From positions 8,122,001 to 8,186,000 of the forward strand of contig CM097883.1 of NCBI GenBank assembly GCA_044892505.1: DNA of 64,000 nt. The letters run 5' to 3'. Source of the stretch: Schmidtea nova (taxonomy: Eukaryota). Below the pieces are notes generated by a model. It ran no database searches, was not told the DNA's origin, and was given only the letters and a program-made list of their open reading frames with translations. Position numbers and translations under genes: made by a program. Of this stretch, positions 35,906-46,103 are shown one piece after another (position 1 is the stretch's first letter; each line of letters opens with the position of its first letter).

Positions 35906-35944
35906 AACGAGATCGGGTGAATAAAGATTATTATGGTCGTGGAC
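35906..35944 (-). pseudogene. Variant 5S 5' half (nt 1-39) at the E4 5' junction; contains the right TSD copy 35906-35922
   Basis: Same three substitutions. Confidence 0.9.
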
Positions 35945-36143
35945 AAAGACTATATTTATTTGGTACTGAAATATATTATCAATAATTTTTTTTCTCAATG
36001 AATTTCGCCGATTCACCACATCATGTTGAGATAGGCTGAAAAAAAGTAAAAAAATTAATTCAGAACTCACCGAATTAGTCATATCATCTTTTCGAATCGA
36101 ATATTCATCGAATAATGAAATTCGAATTCGTAATCGACAAAAA

Positions 36144-36262
36144 AGTCCACAACACCTCGTATTCCCAGGCGGTCACCCATCCAAGTACTAACGAGGCCTT
36201 AACCTGCTTAACTTCCGAGATCGAACGAGATCGGGTGAATCCAGATTAGTATGGTCGTGGAC
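36144..36262 (-). rRNA. 5S_rRNA: 5S rRNA gene
   Basis: Array consensus. Confidence 0.97.
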
Positions 36263-36461
36263 AAAGACTATATTTATTTGGTACTGAAATATATTATCAA
36301 TAATTTTTTTTCTCAATGAATTTCGCCGATTCACCACATCATGTTGAGATAGGCTGAAAAAAAGTAAAAAAATTAATTCAGAACTCACCGAATTAGTCAT
36401 ATCATCTTTTCGAATCGAATATTCATCGAATAATGAAATTCGAATTCGTAATCGACAAAAA

Positions 36462-36580
36462 AGTCCACAACACCTCGTATTCCCAGGCGGTCACCCATCC
36501 AAGTACTAACGAGGCCTTAACCTGCTTAACTTCCGAGATCGAACGAGATCGGGTGAATCCAGATTAGTATGGTCGTGGAC
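36462..36580 (-). rRNA. 5S_rRNA: 5S rRNA gene
   Basis: Array consensus. Confidence 0.97.
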
Positions 36581-36779
36581 AAAGACTATATTTATTTGGT
36601 ACTGAAATATATTATCAATAATTTTTTTTCTCAATGAATTTCGCCGATTCACCACATCATGTTGAGATAGGCTGAAAAAAAGTAAAAAAATTAATTCAGA
36701 ACTCACCGAATTAGTCATATCATCTTTTCGAATCGAATATTCATCGAATAATGAAATTCGAATTCGTAATCGACAAAAA

Positions 36780-36898
36780 AGTCCACAACACCTCGTATTC
36801 CCAGGCGGTCACCCATCCAAGTACTAACGAGGCCTTAACCTGCTTAACTTCCGAGATCGAACGAGATCGGGTGAATCCAGATTAGTATGGTCGTGGAC
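36780..36898 (-). rRNA. 5S_rRNA: 5S rRNA gene
   Basis: Array consensus. Confidence 0.97.
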
Positions 36899-37097
36899 AA
36901 AGACTATATTTATTTGGTACTGAAATATATTATCAATAATTTTTTTTCTCAATGAATTTCGCCGATTCACCACATCATGTTGAGATAGGCTGAAAAAAAG
37001 TAAAAAAATTAATTCAGAACTCACCGAATTAGTCATATCATCTTTTCGAATCGAATATTCATCGAATAATGAAATTCGAATTCGTAATCGACAAAAA

Positions 37098-37216
37098 AGT
37101 CCACAACACCTCGTATTCCCAGGCGGTCACCCATCCAAGTACTAACGAGGCCTTAACCTGCTTAACTTCCGAGATCGAACGAGATCGGGTGAATCCAGAT
37201 TAGTATGGTCGTGGAC
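37098..37216 (-). rRNA. 5S_rRNA: 5S rRNA gene
   Basis: Array consensus. Confidence 0.97.
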
Positions 37217-37415
37217 AAAGACTATATTTATTTGGTACTGAAATATATTATCAATAATTTTTTTTCTCAATGAATTTCGCCGATTCACCACATCATGTTG
37301 AGATAGGCTGAAAAAAAGTAAAAAAATTAATTCAGAACTCACCGAATTAGTCATATCATCTTTTCGAATCGAATATTCATCGAATAATGAAATTCGAATT
37401 CGTAATCGACAAAAA

Positions 37416-37534
37416 AGTCCACAACACCTCGTATTCCCAGGCGGTCACCCATCCAAGTACTAACGAGGCCTTAACCTGCTTAACTTCCGAGATCGAACGA
37501 GATCGGGTGAATCCAGATTAGTATGGTCGTGGAC
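37416..37534 (-). rRNA. 5S_rRNA: 5S rRNA gene
   Basis: Array consensus. Confidence 0.97.
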
Positions 37535-37733
37535 AAAGACTATATTTATTTGGTACTGAAATATATTATCAATAATTTTTTTTCTCAATGAATTTCGCCG
37601 ATTCACCACATCATGTTGAGATAGGCTGAAAAAAAGTAAAAAAATTAATTCAGAACTCACCGAATTAGTCATATCATCTTTTCGAATCGAATATTCATCG
37701 AATAATGAAATTCGAATTCGTAATCGACAAAAA

Positions 37734-37831
37734 AGTCCACAACACCTCGTATTCCCAGGCGGTCACCCATCCAAGTACTAACGAGGCCTTAACCTGCTTA
37801 ACTTCCGAGATCGAACGAGATCGGGTGAATC
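37734..37831 (-). pseudogene. 5S 3' half (nt 22-119) at the E5 3' junction
   Basis: Identical junction. Confidence 0.92.
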
Positions 37832-40480
37832 GAAAAAGTTTTATTTAATAATAAAATTTGAAAATTTACAAGAGGACAATGCTCAACATGGAGCACGCCA
37901 AACAGGCAATATACAAGAACAAAAGAGTCAGAAAGAAATCAATCAAATCAATGTAATTGTCGAGATATTTTCGACTCAATTGTCATTTGCAACTGCCGGA
38001 ATTGTCCCAGGCATTTGATGTGGTTTTCCTTCGGATAATAGCTCCGGCTTAATTCGATATAGCTTTTGATGCATCTGCCAGGTACACGAATGAGATCAGA
38101 TCGATAACATCAACACAAGAGAGAAGTGTCACGTGTAAGTCGGAAAACGGGCTTCTCGAGCTGTAGCGACAAGTCATCACAGTTAGAGATTAGGCAATTC
38201 CAGGCTAACGTAATATTTACAGGCATCTTTCTGATCCCAGCTAAATCTCATCAATTCTATCTAAATATTTGCAAGAAAGGGAAATATATATATATAAACA
38301 TAAATGATAATAATTATATATAATAAATCCGGACCTTGGAGAGGGGAATATCTAAAACATAAAATATACTACTTTTATACATCAAGGTAAATGTAACAAT
38401 GATAAACCTCAATTGAATAAAAAACAAAGAATATTTACATTAATTTTGATCTTTAATAAAGAGATTATCATCATCAAAGGTGGGTAGGATACCATTCTTG
38501 TGGAAGTACCATCGCTTGGCAGAGTGTGCGATGTTACTTATGGCACATTTCTTTAGAAGTCCATCCACCTGGCCTTTCTTTACACCAACCTTTTGAAGGA
38601 CTTGCGAAGTTTCTGGAGGAAAAGAGCCAAGAGCACCAATAATACAAGTGTCAAGCTCAACTTTAAAGTCGGGTTTAGCAGCTTGTATATCAGTTTTCAA
38701 AGAGTTATATTTTGCCAGATTCAATGAATTTACCCGATCAAAGTGGGTCAATGAATCACTAGGGCATTTCAAATCAACCAGGAAAATTCTTTTACGAGAC
38801 ACGTCCGTTATAAGCAAATCAACTCGTTCTTTGGAAAGTGGAACAAGTGAGCATGCGTGATCAACTACAACAATCAAGTTTTTATTAGATTGAAGTTGTT
38901 TCGCGATAAGTTTAAGACAAGCGTCATGCCGCTCAGAACCCAGTGTCAGATGTACCTTGCATGATTGGAGTACATGAGAAGAGGTCTCATCATCTTCATG
39001 ACACCGACGACATAGTCTTTTCTCACCTCTGTTATAAGGCTTCGCAAGAGTGGAAAGAGTGTTTGTGCGAGCTCTGTGAATGAAATTCCAGCTAAATTCG
39101 GACAATTCACTTCGATAAATTGCTTTGTTCACTATCGGTGAAAGTTTTACTGCTGAAGCGATGATGTTGGAAATACAGCTTTTTTCCCATTTGGCCAAGT
39201 ATGAATCACAGAGCATCATGTGTAGTATTTTTGATGTTGTCTGACGAGTGTCAGGAGTTACAATGCAAGTACCACGCTCTGCAGTGGTGATGTAGAGCCA
39301 TGGTTCTCGATTCGTGACTGTGAATGTAATGCTAATGTCATGAGTCTTTTCAAAGAAAGCAACCGCAATCCTAGCTCTTTGAAATCGAGTTTTCTTTCCA
39401 GAATGGGGGGAAAGAGACTCTTTACCATTGAGCCAATCAAGACTTTCTTGAAGAGTTGGATTTTTTATCCCAAGACGTGGACTAGTGACAAAAGCCAAAG
39501 AGTCAAGATTAACTTTCCTCGCAAAGTCACATTTCGACGTGATGAGTCGGAAAAAGTGTGTAATAGTCTGCGTGTGATACTCATCAAGGAGATCAACACA
39601 ATTTGCTCCACCATTTTCTGTAGAGTTGTAAAAATAACTCACTTCAGAATGACTTGGCAAAAGCAGCATTTTTCTCAAGTGATTTCTCATTTGGCTGGTG
39701 ATATTTACCGAGAGATTACTATTACCACAAGATTTTGAGAGAGCACTAGTTTTAATCTCTCTGGTTCTGAAAGGAAAGATCAAGCGAGAGTGGATGAAGA
39801 TCTTGTAGGCTTTCAGTTTTTGCCAACCAAGCAAATCAGAATCGGCAAGTTTTTTGGTGTCAATTAAAGCTTGTTCAAGAATGTCATATGGACTCTGATC
39901 AGTTTCCTCACCTACTGGCACACCAAGGTACTGGTAGAATTCATTAGACAAGAGCTTTTGAATTTTGACATTATTGATGGAAATTTCGCTGTCAATGTGG
40001 ATATTTGGCAGTTGTAAATAGCCACATTTTTCCGGGCGATATTCGAAGCCTATTTCGGTGGCAGTTGTAACAGCAATGTTGACGAGTTTTTGTAAGTCAT
40101 CTACAGATTTAGCAACAATGGCAATGTCGTCAGCGTATGCGAGAATCTTGACAGATGATTCTCCAATAGTAAAAGCATCACAAACTGTACTGGAAACAGC
40201 TTCCAGTACAGGGTTTATTGCCAAAGCAAACAGAATCATGGAGATGGGACATCCCTGCTTGACACCCTTTTTAATCAGGATGTTAGGAGTTACGATAGGC
40301 CCACAACTATAAAAGGAGCTAGTGTCAGAGTATAACATTTGCAAGATGGAAGCAAATTCTTCACCAACTCCAATGTACCGGAGTAAGGACCACATGTAAT
40401 CATGTGGGACACTACCAAATGCATCCTTAATATCAAGCCAGGCGATAGATAGAGGACAGCGCTTACTATACTTGGAATGC
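37832..40480 (-). mobile_element. E5: 5'-truncated copy (2.65 kb), subfamily B
   Basis: Normal 3' end. The sequence stops inside RT at ...cttggaatgc and joins 5S nt 86/87. Confidence 0.93.
38440..40480 (-). pseudogene. C-terminal ORF2 fragment of E5 (from about aa 863: partial RT, CCHC, RLE)
   Basis: 682-aa ORF in the track whose first codons (TTG GAT GGG) come from 5S. Confidence 0.88.
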
Positions 40481-40566
40481 CCATCCAAGTACTAACGAGG
40501 CCTTAACCTGCTTAACTTCCGAGATCGAACGAGATCGGGTGAATCCAGATTAGTATGGTCGTGGAC
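40480..40566 (-). pseudogene. Wild-type 5S 5' fragment (nt 1-87) at the E5 5' junction
   Basis: Has wild-type ccagattagtat, not the junction variant. Confidence 0.9.
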
Positions 40567-40765
40567 AAAGACTATATTTATTTGGTACTGAAATATATTA
40601 TCAATAATTTTTTTTCTCAATGAATTTCGCCGATTCACCACATCATGTTGAGATAGGCTGAAAAAAAGTAAAAAAATTAATTCAGAACTCACCGAATTAG
40701 TCATATCATCTTTTCGAATCGAATATTCATCGAATAATGAAATTCGAATTCGTAATCGACAAAAA

Positions 40766-40863
40766 AGTCCACAACACCTCGTATTCCCAGGCGGTCACCC
40801 ATCCAAGTACTAACGAGGCCTTAACCTGCTTAACTTCCGAGATCGAACGAGATCGGGTGAATC
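40766..40863 (-). pseudogene. 5S 3' half (nt 22-119) at the E6 3' junction
   Basis: Identical junction. Confidence 0.92.
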
Positions 40864-41471
40864 GAAAAAGTTTTATTTAATAATAAAATTTGAAAATTTA
40901 CAAGAGGACAATGCTCAACATGGAGCACGCCAAACAGGCAATATACAAGAACAAAAGAGTCAGAAAGAAATCAATCAAATCAATGTAATTGTCGAGATAT
41001 TTTCGACTCAATTGTCATTTGCAACTGCCGGAATTGTCCCAGGCATTTGATGTGGTTTTCCTTCGGATAATAGCTCCGGCTTAATTCGATATAGCTTTTG
41101 ATGCATCTGCCAGGTACACGAATGAGATCAGATCGATAACATCAACACAAGAGAGAAGTGTCACGTGTAAGTCGGAAAACGGGCTTCTCGAGCTGTAGCG
41201 ACAAGTCATCACAGTTAGAGATTAGGCAATTCCAGGCTAACGTAATATTTACAGGCATCTTTCTGATCCCAGCTAAATCTCATCAATTCTATCTAAATAT
41301 TTGCAAGAAAGGGAAATATATATATATAAACATAAATGATAATAATTATATATAATAAATCCGGACCTTGGAGAGGGGAATATCTAAAACATAAAATATA
41401 CTACTTTTATACATCAAGGTAAATGTAACAATGATAAACCTCAATTGAATAAAAAACAAAGAATATTTACA

Positions 41472-44400
41472 TTAATTTTGATCTTTAATAAAGAGATTAT
41501 CATCATCAAAGGTGGGTAGGATACCATTCTTGTGGAAGTACCATCGCTTGGCAGAGTGTGCGATGTTACTTATGGCACATTTCTTTAGAAGTCCATCCAC
41601 CTGGCCTTTCTTTACACCAACCTTTTGAAGGACTTGCGAAGTTTCTGGAGGAAAAGAGCCAAGAGCACCAATAATACAAGTGTCAAGCTCAACTTTAAAG
41701 TCGGGTTTAGCAGCTTGTATATCAGTTTTCAAAGAGTTATATTTTGCCAGATTCAATGAATTTACCCGATCAAAGTGGGTCAATGAATCACTAGGGCATT
41801 TCAAATCAACCAGGAAAATTCTTTTACGAGACACGTCCGTTATAAGCAAATCAACTCGTTCTTTGGAAAGTGGAACAAGTGAGCATGCGTGATCAACTAC
41901 AACAATCAAGTTTTTATTAGATTGAAGTTGTTTCGCGATAAGTTTAAGACAAGCGTCATGCCGCTCAGAACCCAGTGTCAGATGTACCTTGCATGATTGG
42001 AGTACATGAGAAGAGGTCTCATCATCTTCATGACACCGACGACATAGTCTTTTCTCACCTCTGTTATAAGGCTTCGCAAGAGTGGAAAGAGTGTTTGTGC
42101 GAGCTCTGTGAATGAAATTCCAGCTAAATTCGGACAATTCACTTCGATAAATTGCTTTGTTCACTATCGGTGAAAGTTTTACTGCTGAAGCGATGATGTT
42201 GGAAATACAGCTTTTTTCCCATTTGGCCAAGTATGAATCACAGAGCATCATGTGTAGTATTTTTGATGTTGTCTGACGAGTGTCAGGAGTTACAATGCAA
42301 GTACCACGCTCTGCAGTGGTGATGTAGAGCCATGGTTCTCGATTCGTGACTGTGAATGTAATGCTAATGTCATGAGTCTTTTCAAAGAAAGCAACCGCAA
42401 TCCTAGCTCTTTGAAATCGAGTTTTCTTTCCAGAATGGGGGGAAAGAGACTCTTTACCATTGAGCCAATCAAGACTTTCTTGAAGAGTTGGATTTTTTAT
42501 CCCAAGACGTGGACTAGTGACAAAAGCCAAAGAGTCAAGATTAACTTTCCTCGCAAAGTCACATTTCGACGTGATGAGTCGGAAAAAGTGTGTAATAGTC
42601 TGCGTGTGATACTCATCAAGGAGATCAACACAATTTGCTCCACCATTTTCTGTAGAGTTGTAAAAATAACTCACTTCAGAATGACTTGGCAAAAGCAGCA
42701 TTTTTCTCAAGTGATTTCTCATTTGGCTGGTGATATTTACCGAGAGATTACTATTACCACAAGATTTTGAGAGAGCACTAGTTTTAATCTCTCTGGTTCT
42801 GAAAGGAAAGATCAAGCGAGAGTGGATGAAGATCTTGTAGGCTTTCAGTTTTTGCCAACCAAGCAAATCAGAATCGGCAAGTTTTTTGGTGTCAATTAAA
42901 GCTTGTTCAAGAATGTCATATGGACTCTGATCAGTTTCCTCACCTACTGGCACACCAAGGTACTGGTAGAATTCATTAGACAAGAGCTTTTGAATTTTGA
43001 CATTATTGATGGAAATTTCGCTGTCAATGTGGATATTTGGCAGTTGTAAATAGCCACATTTTTCCGGGCGATATTCGAAGCCTATTTCGGTGGCAGTTGT
43101 AACAGCAATGTTGACGAGTTTTTGTAAGTCATCTACAGATTTAGCAACAATGGCAATGTCGTCAGCGTATGCGAGAATCTTGACAGATGATTCTCCAATA
43201 GTAAAAGCATCACAAACTGTACTGGAAACAGCTTCCAGTACAGGGTTTATTGCCAAAGCAAACAGAATCATGGAGATGGGACATCCCTGCTTGACACCCT
43301 TTTTAATCAGGATGTTAGGAGTTACGATAGGCCCACAACTATAAAAGGAGCTAGTGTCAGAGTATAACATTTGCAAGATGGAAGCAAATTCTTCACCAAC
43401 TCCAATGTACCGGAGTAAGGACCACATGTAATCATGTGGGACACTACCAAATGCATCCTTAATATCAAGCCAGGCGATAGATAGAGGACAGCGCTTACTA
43501 TACTTGGAATGCTCAAGCGCAGCAGACAGAATTGAATTGTGCTCAACACAACCATCATGTTCAGAACCACCTTTCTGCCCAACATGCAAAAGATTGTTCA
43601 AGGTTATCCAGCGTGTAAGGCGAGAGGCAAGGCAGGAAGCGAATACTTTGTAAATAACAGAGAGTAAGGCAATTGGACGCCAAGACGATACGTCTGCATA
43701 TTTATTATTTTTGTTAGGCTTAGGAGTTAAAAGGGTTTTAAAGGCCTTCCAACTGTCAGGTATGGACTTTTCAGTAATGATCTTGTTGAATAAAAAGGCA
43801 AGTATATGACCCCCAGGATCTAGACGCAACAAGTCACGATATTGCAATCCATCAATACCAGGACTAGTGTTGTCAGCCTTCCTAAGTTCATACACTACCT
43901 CCTTACTCGAGATGCATTGCAGAGTAAGTACTCGTTCAGAACGTTTACAGAATACGAATAATTTCTCCCACTGGCCACGTATTGGAGTTTCATGAGAAAA
44001 ATATTTGACGATATTCTGGAATGTTGGTCGGGTAGGTACATCAAAGTTATTGATGACCATGTTGACCGCCGATTTCATGTCCGTGGTAAATTTTTTAATA
44101 AGTTTATTTTTGCTGATTTTAGAGGCTCTCGGTCTGGTTCCCAAGTAAGGTTTTGACAAAGGCTTAAGTTTCTCAGGAAACTGTTCATTAATTGCATAAA
44201 TAATTTCATTGGTGCTAAAATTTGCCCATTTAATAACAAGTAATTCAGCATTAGTTATACGCTGTTTGATAGAGATATTTGTAGCAAAGTTATTATCAAG
44301 TTTAGCTTTACCTAGACTTTCAAATTTATCATGTTCTTTTACATGAAAGACCAAAGAACTAACTATATTTCCAATCTCACGCAGGTTTAAGTTTATGAGG

Positions 44401-46097
44401 GGTAAATCCCTTGAGTAATTGTTAATAAAAGAACATAAAAGCACTTTACTTATTAGACCTGAGCCGCGGATGTCATGAGGACATTCACAAAAATTTAAAA
44501 CGCGGCCTGGTGTTTCTTTAATTTCATTTATTTTATTTCTGAGTATTCGACAGGTTGACATGTAATTGTCGTTATCAGTCAAAGATGTTGGATTGATAAG
44601 ATAACAAGTATCAACACTATAGTCAAGAATAAGTAAAATTTCTCGATGTTTCGGAGGTGCAACAATAGCAAAGATGACTTGTGACTTGATGATCCACTCA
44701 AAGTTTAAAAATTCGTTTAGGTGCTGAGTGCAATCATCAAGAATCGCCAAGCACATTGTAGAATTTAGAAGCAAGAATCGATTAGGTAAATTTAAATTAT
44801 TAAAAAATTTTGTGATGATTTTATCAGTGATTTTAGAATTTAGTAAATTTAAATTCTGAGAGATCTCATTCGCTTCCCTTAATTTTAATAAATTTAGGGA
44901 CTCACTGATCTTCGAAATGGATACTTCTTTATTGAAGAATAATCTTTCAAGCAACTCAATAAAGACAGATGCAAAGAGAATTGGGTCATCAGAGACGATA
45001 GGCCAAAGCTCAATGTTGTGATTAGGTTTGAAGCTAATGTCCGATGATAGAAAAAACTTATTTAGATAGTCAGTCATATTATCGCTAATACCAAGCAGAC
45101 GTTCCGAAAGAAGTTTTTCTTGATTGTTGAAGATGTGGCTAGCACCGTATGCAGTAGAAAAGAGATAAAGGCACCAGTAATTCTCATTTGGGATAACACT
45201 TATAACATGGTTAATTCCAAGAAAATGTTTGAAAGTGACATTTTCTCTAATGAATGACTCGTTTTGAGCAATCATATTTAATGTCAATTCGTGTGACAGA
45301 ACCAAGATGTTTTTATGGTCCTTGAACCATTCCGCAATAAGGGAGGAGACACACGAGTTTCTTTTGAGAAGAAAAATGTGATTGTGTTTATTCACAACTG
45401 TTACCTTTTTAGATTGTTTTTTGTCAGTAATCTTTGGTATCCCACCCCCAGATGATTTAGGTAATTCACTCATCATGGACAATTGAAATTGGTGGACATC
45501 CTTTCTAATGGACTCGATAAAGTCAACAGGAAACTTCTGCCATTCGCCACTTATCATCATAGCATACGCGCAGATGAAAGGACCACAGTCGTAGTTGTTG
45601 TCTTGAAAGACAAAGGATTTGTGTGGATGAAAGAAAACCGCAGATTTCAGATTAAACAAACGATTCAAAGCAATGTTGGTTTGAAGCGCAGTCGCTTTAT
45701 TACTAAGTGAATGTCGGTTGTCAAAAATTGGATCAACAAAGTAAGAAGTCAGCGAGGACTTGCAATACACAAACAAGATCCAGTGAGATTGGTCAATGTT
45801 AAGGGGGCACAATAATATTTGCGCTGACAAAACTCTTTCCGGCATTGGAAAAATATCATCCGAAAGGTTTGCCCTTAAAATCTCTATTTGGAAACATTTT
45901 ACAGGCGCAAATTTAGGGTTACTGATGTGACTTTCTAAATAGTTATCAATGTCATCATCAGTGAACCAGACTTTAGGGTTACGTATTATGCTTTGGTTTT
46001 TGAAAATATTAACTATATTATTAGGGATAATACTATCTGTGCTGTCTGCAACAGTCTCGTTGGAGATTGGAACAGATATTGAGACTGGTGCAGGCAC
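41472..46097 (-). CDS. ORF2 of E6 (Ulp1-like protease, RT, CCHC, RLE)
   Basis: 1541 codons, same motifs as E4. Confidence 0.95.
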   Translation of the reverse strand: MPAPVSISVPISNETVADSTDSIIPNNIVNIFKNQSIIRNPKVWFTDDDIDNYLESHISNPKFAPVKCFQIEILRANLSDDIFPMPERVLSAQILLCPLNIDQSHWILFVYCKSSLTSYFVDPIFDNRHSLSNKATALQTNIALNRLFNLKSAVFFHPHKSFVFQDNNYDCGPFICAYAMMISGEWQKFPVDFIESIRKDVHQFQLSMMSELPKSSGGGIPKITDKKQSKKVTVVNKHNHIFLLKRNSCVSSLIAEWFKDHKNILVLSHELTLNMIAQNESFIRENVTFKHFLGINHVISVIPNENYWCLYLFSTAYGASHIFNNQEKLLSERLLGISDNMTDYLNKFFLSSDISFKPNHNIELWPIVSDDPILFASVFIELLERLFFNKEVSISKISESLNLLKLREANEISQNLNLLNSKITDKIITKFFNNLNLPNRFLLLNSTMCLAILDDCTQHLNEFLNFEWIIKSQVIFAIVAPPKHREILLILDYSVDTCYLINPTSLTDNDNYMSTCRILRNKINEIKETPGRVLNFCECPHDIRGSGLISKVLLCSFINNYSRDLPLINLNLREIGNIVSSLVFHVKEHDKFESLGKAKLDNNFATNISIKQRITNAELLVIKWANFSTNEIIYAINEQFPEKLKPLSKPYLGTRPRASKISKNKLIKKFTTDMKSAVNMVINNFDVPTRPTFQNIVKYFSHETPIRGQWEKLFVFCKRSERVLTLQCISSKEVVYELRKADNTSPGIDGLQYRDLLRLDPGGHILAFLFNKIITEKSIPDSWKAFKTLLTPKPNKNNKYADVSSWRPIALLSVIYKVFASCLASRLTRWITLNNLLHVGQKGGSEHDGCVEHNSILSAALEHSKYSKRCPLSIAWLDIKDAFGSVPHDYMWSLLRYIGVGEEFASILQMLYSDTSSFYSCGPIVTPNILIKKGVKQGCPISMILFALAINPVLEAVSSTVCDAFTIGESSVKILAYADDIAIVAKSVDDLQKLVNIAVTTATEIGFEYRPEKCGYLQLPNIHIDSEISINNVKIQKLLSNEFYQYLGVPVGEETDQSPYDILEQALIDTKKLADSDLLGWQKLKAYKIFIHSRLIFPFRTREIKTSALSKSCGNSNLSVNITSQMRNHLRKMLLLPSHSEVSYFYNSTENGGANCVDLLDEYHTQTITHFFRLITSKCDFARKVNLDSLAFVTSPRLGIKNPTLQESLDWLNGKESLSPHSGKKTRFQRARIAVAFFEKTHDISITFTVTNREPWLYITTAERGTCIVTPDTRQTTSKILHMMLCDSYLAKWEKSCISNIIASAVKLSPIVNKAIYRSELSEFSWNFIHRARTNTLSTLAKPYNRGEKRLCRRCHEDDETSSHVLQSCKVHLTLGSERHDACLKLIAKQLQSNKNLIVVVDHACSLVPLSKERVDLLITDVSRKRIFLVDLKCPSDSLTHFDRVNSLNLAKYNSLKTDIQAAKPDFKVELDTCIIGALGSFPPETSQVLQKVGVKKGQVDGLLKKCAISNIAHSAKRWYFHKNGILPTFDDDNLFIKDQN

Positions 46098-46103
46098 GCA
46101 CCT

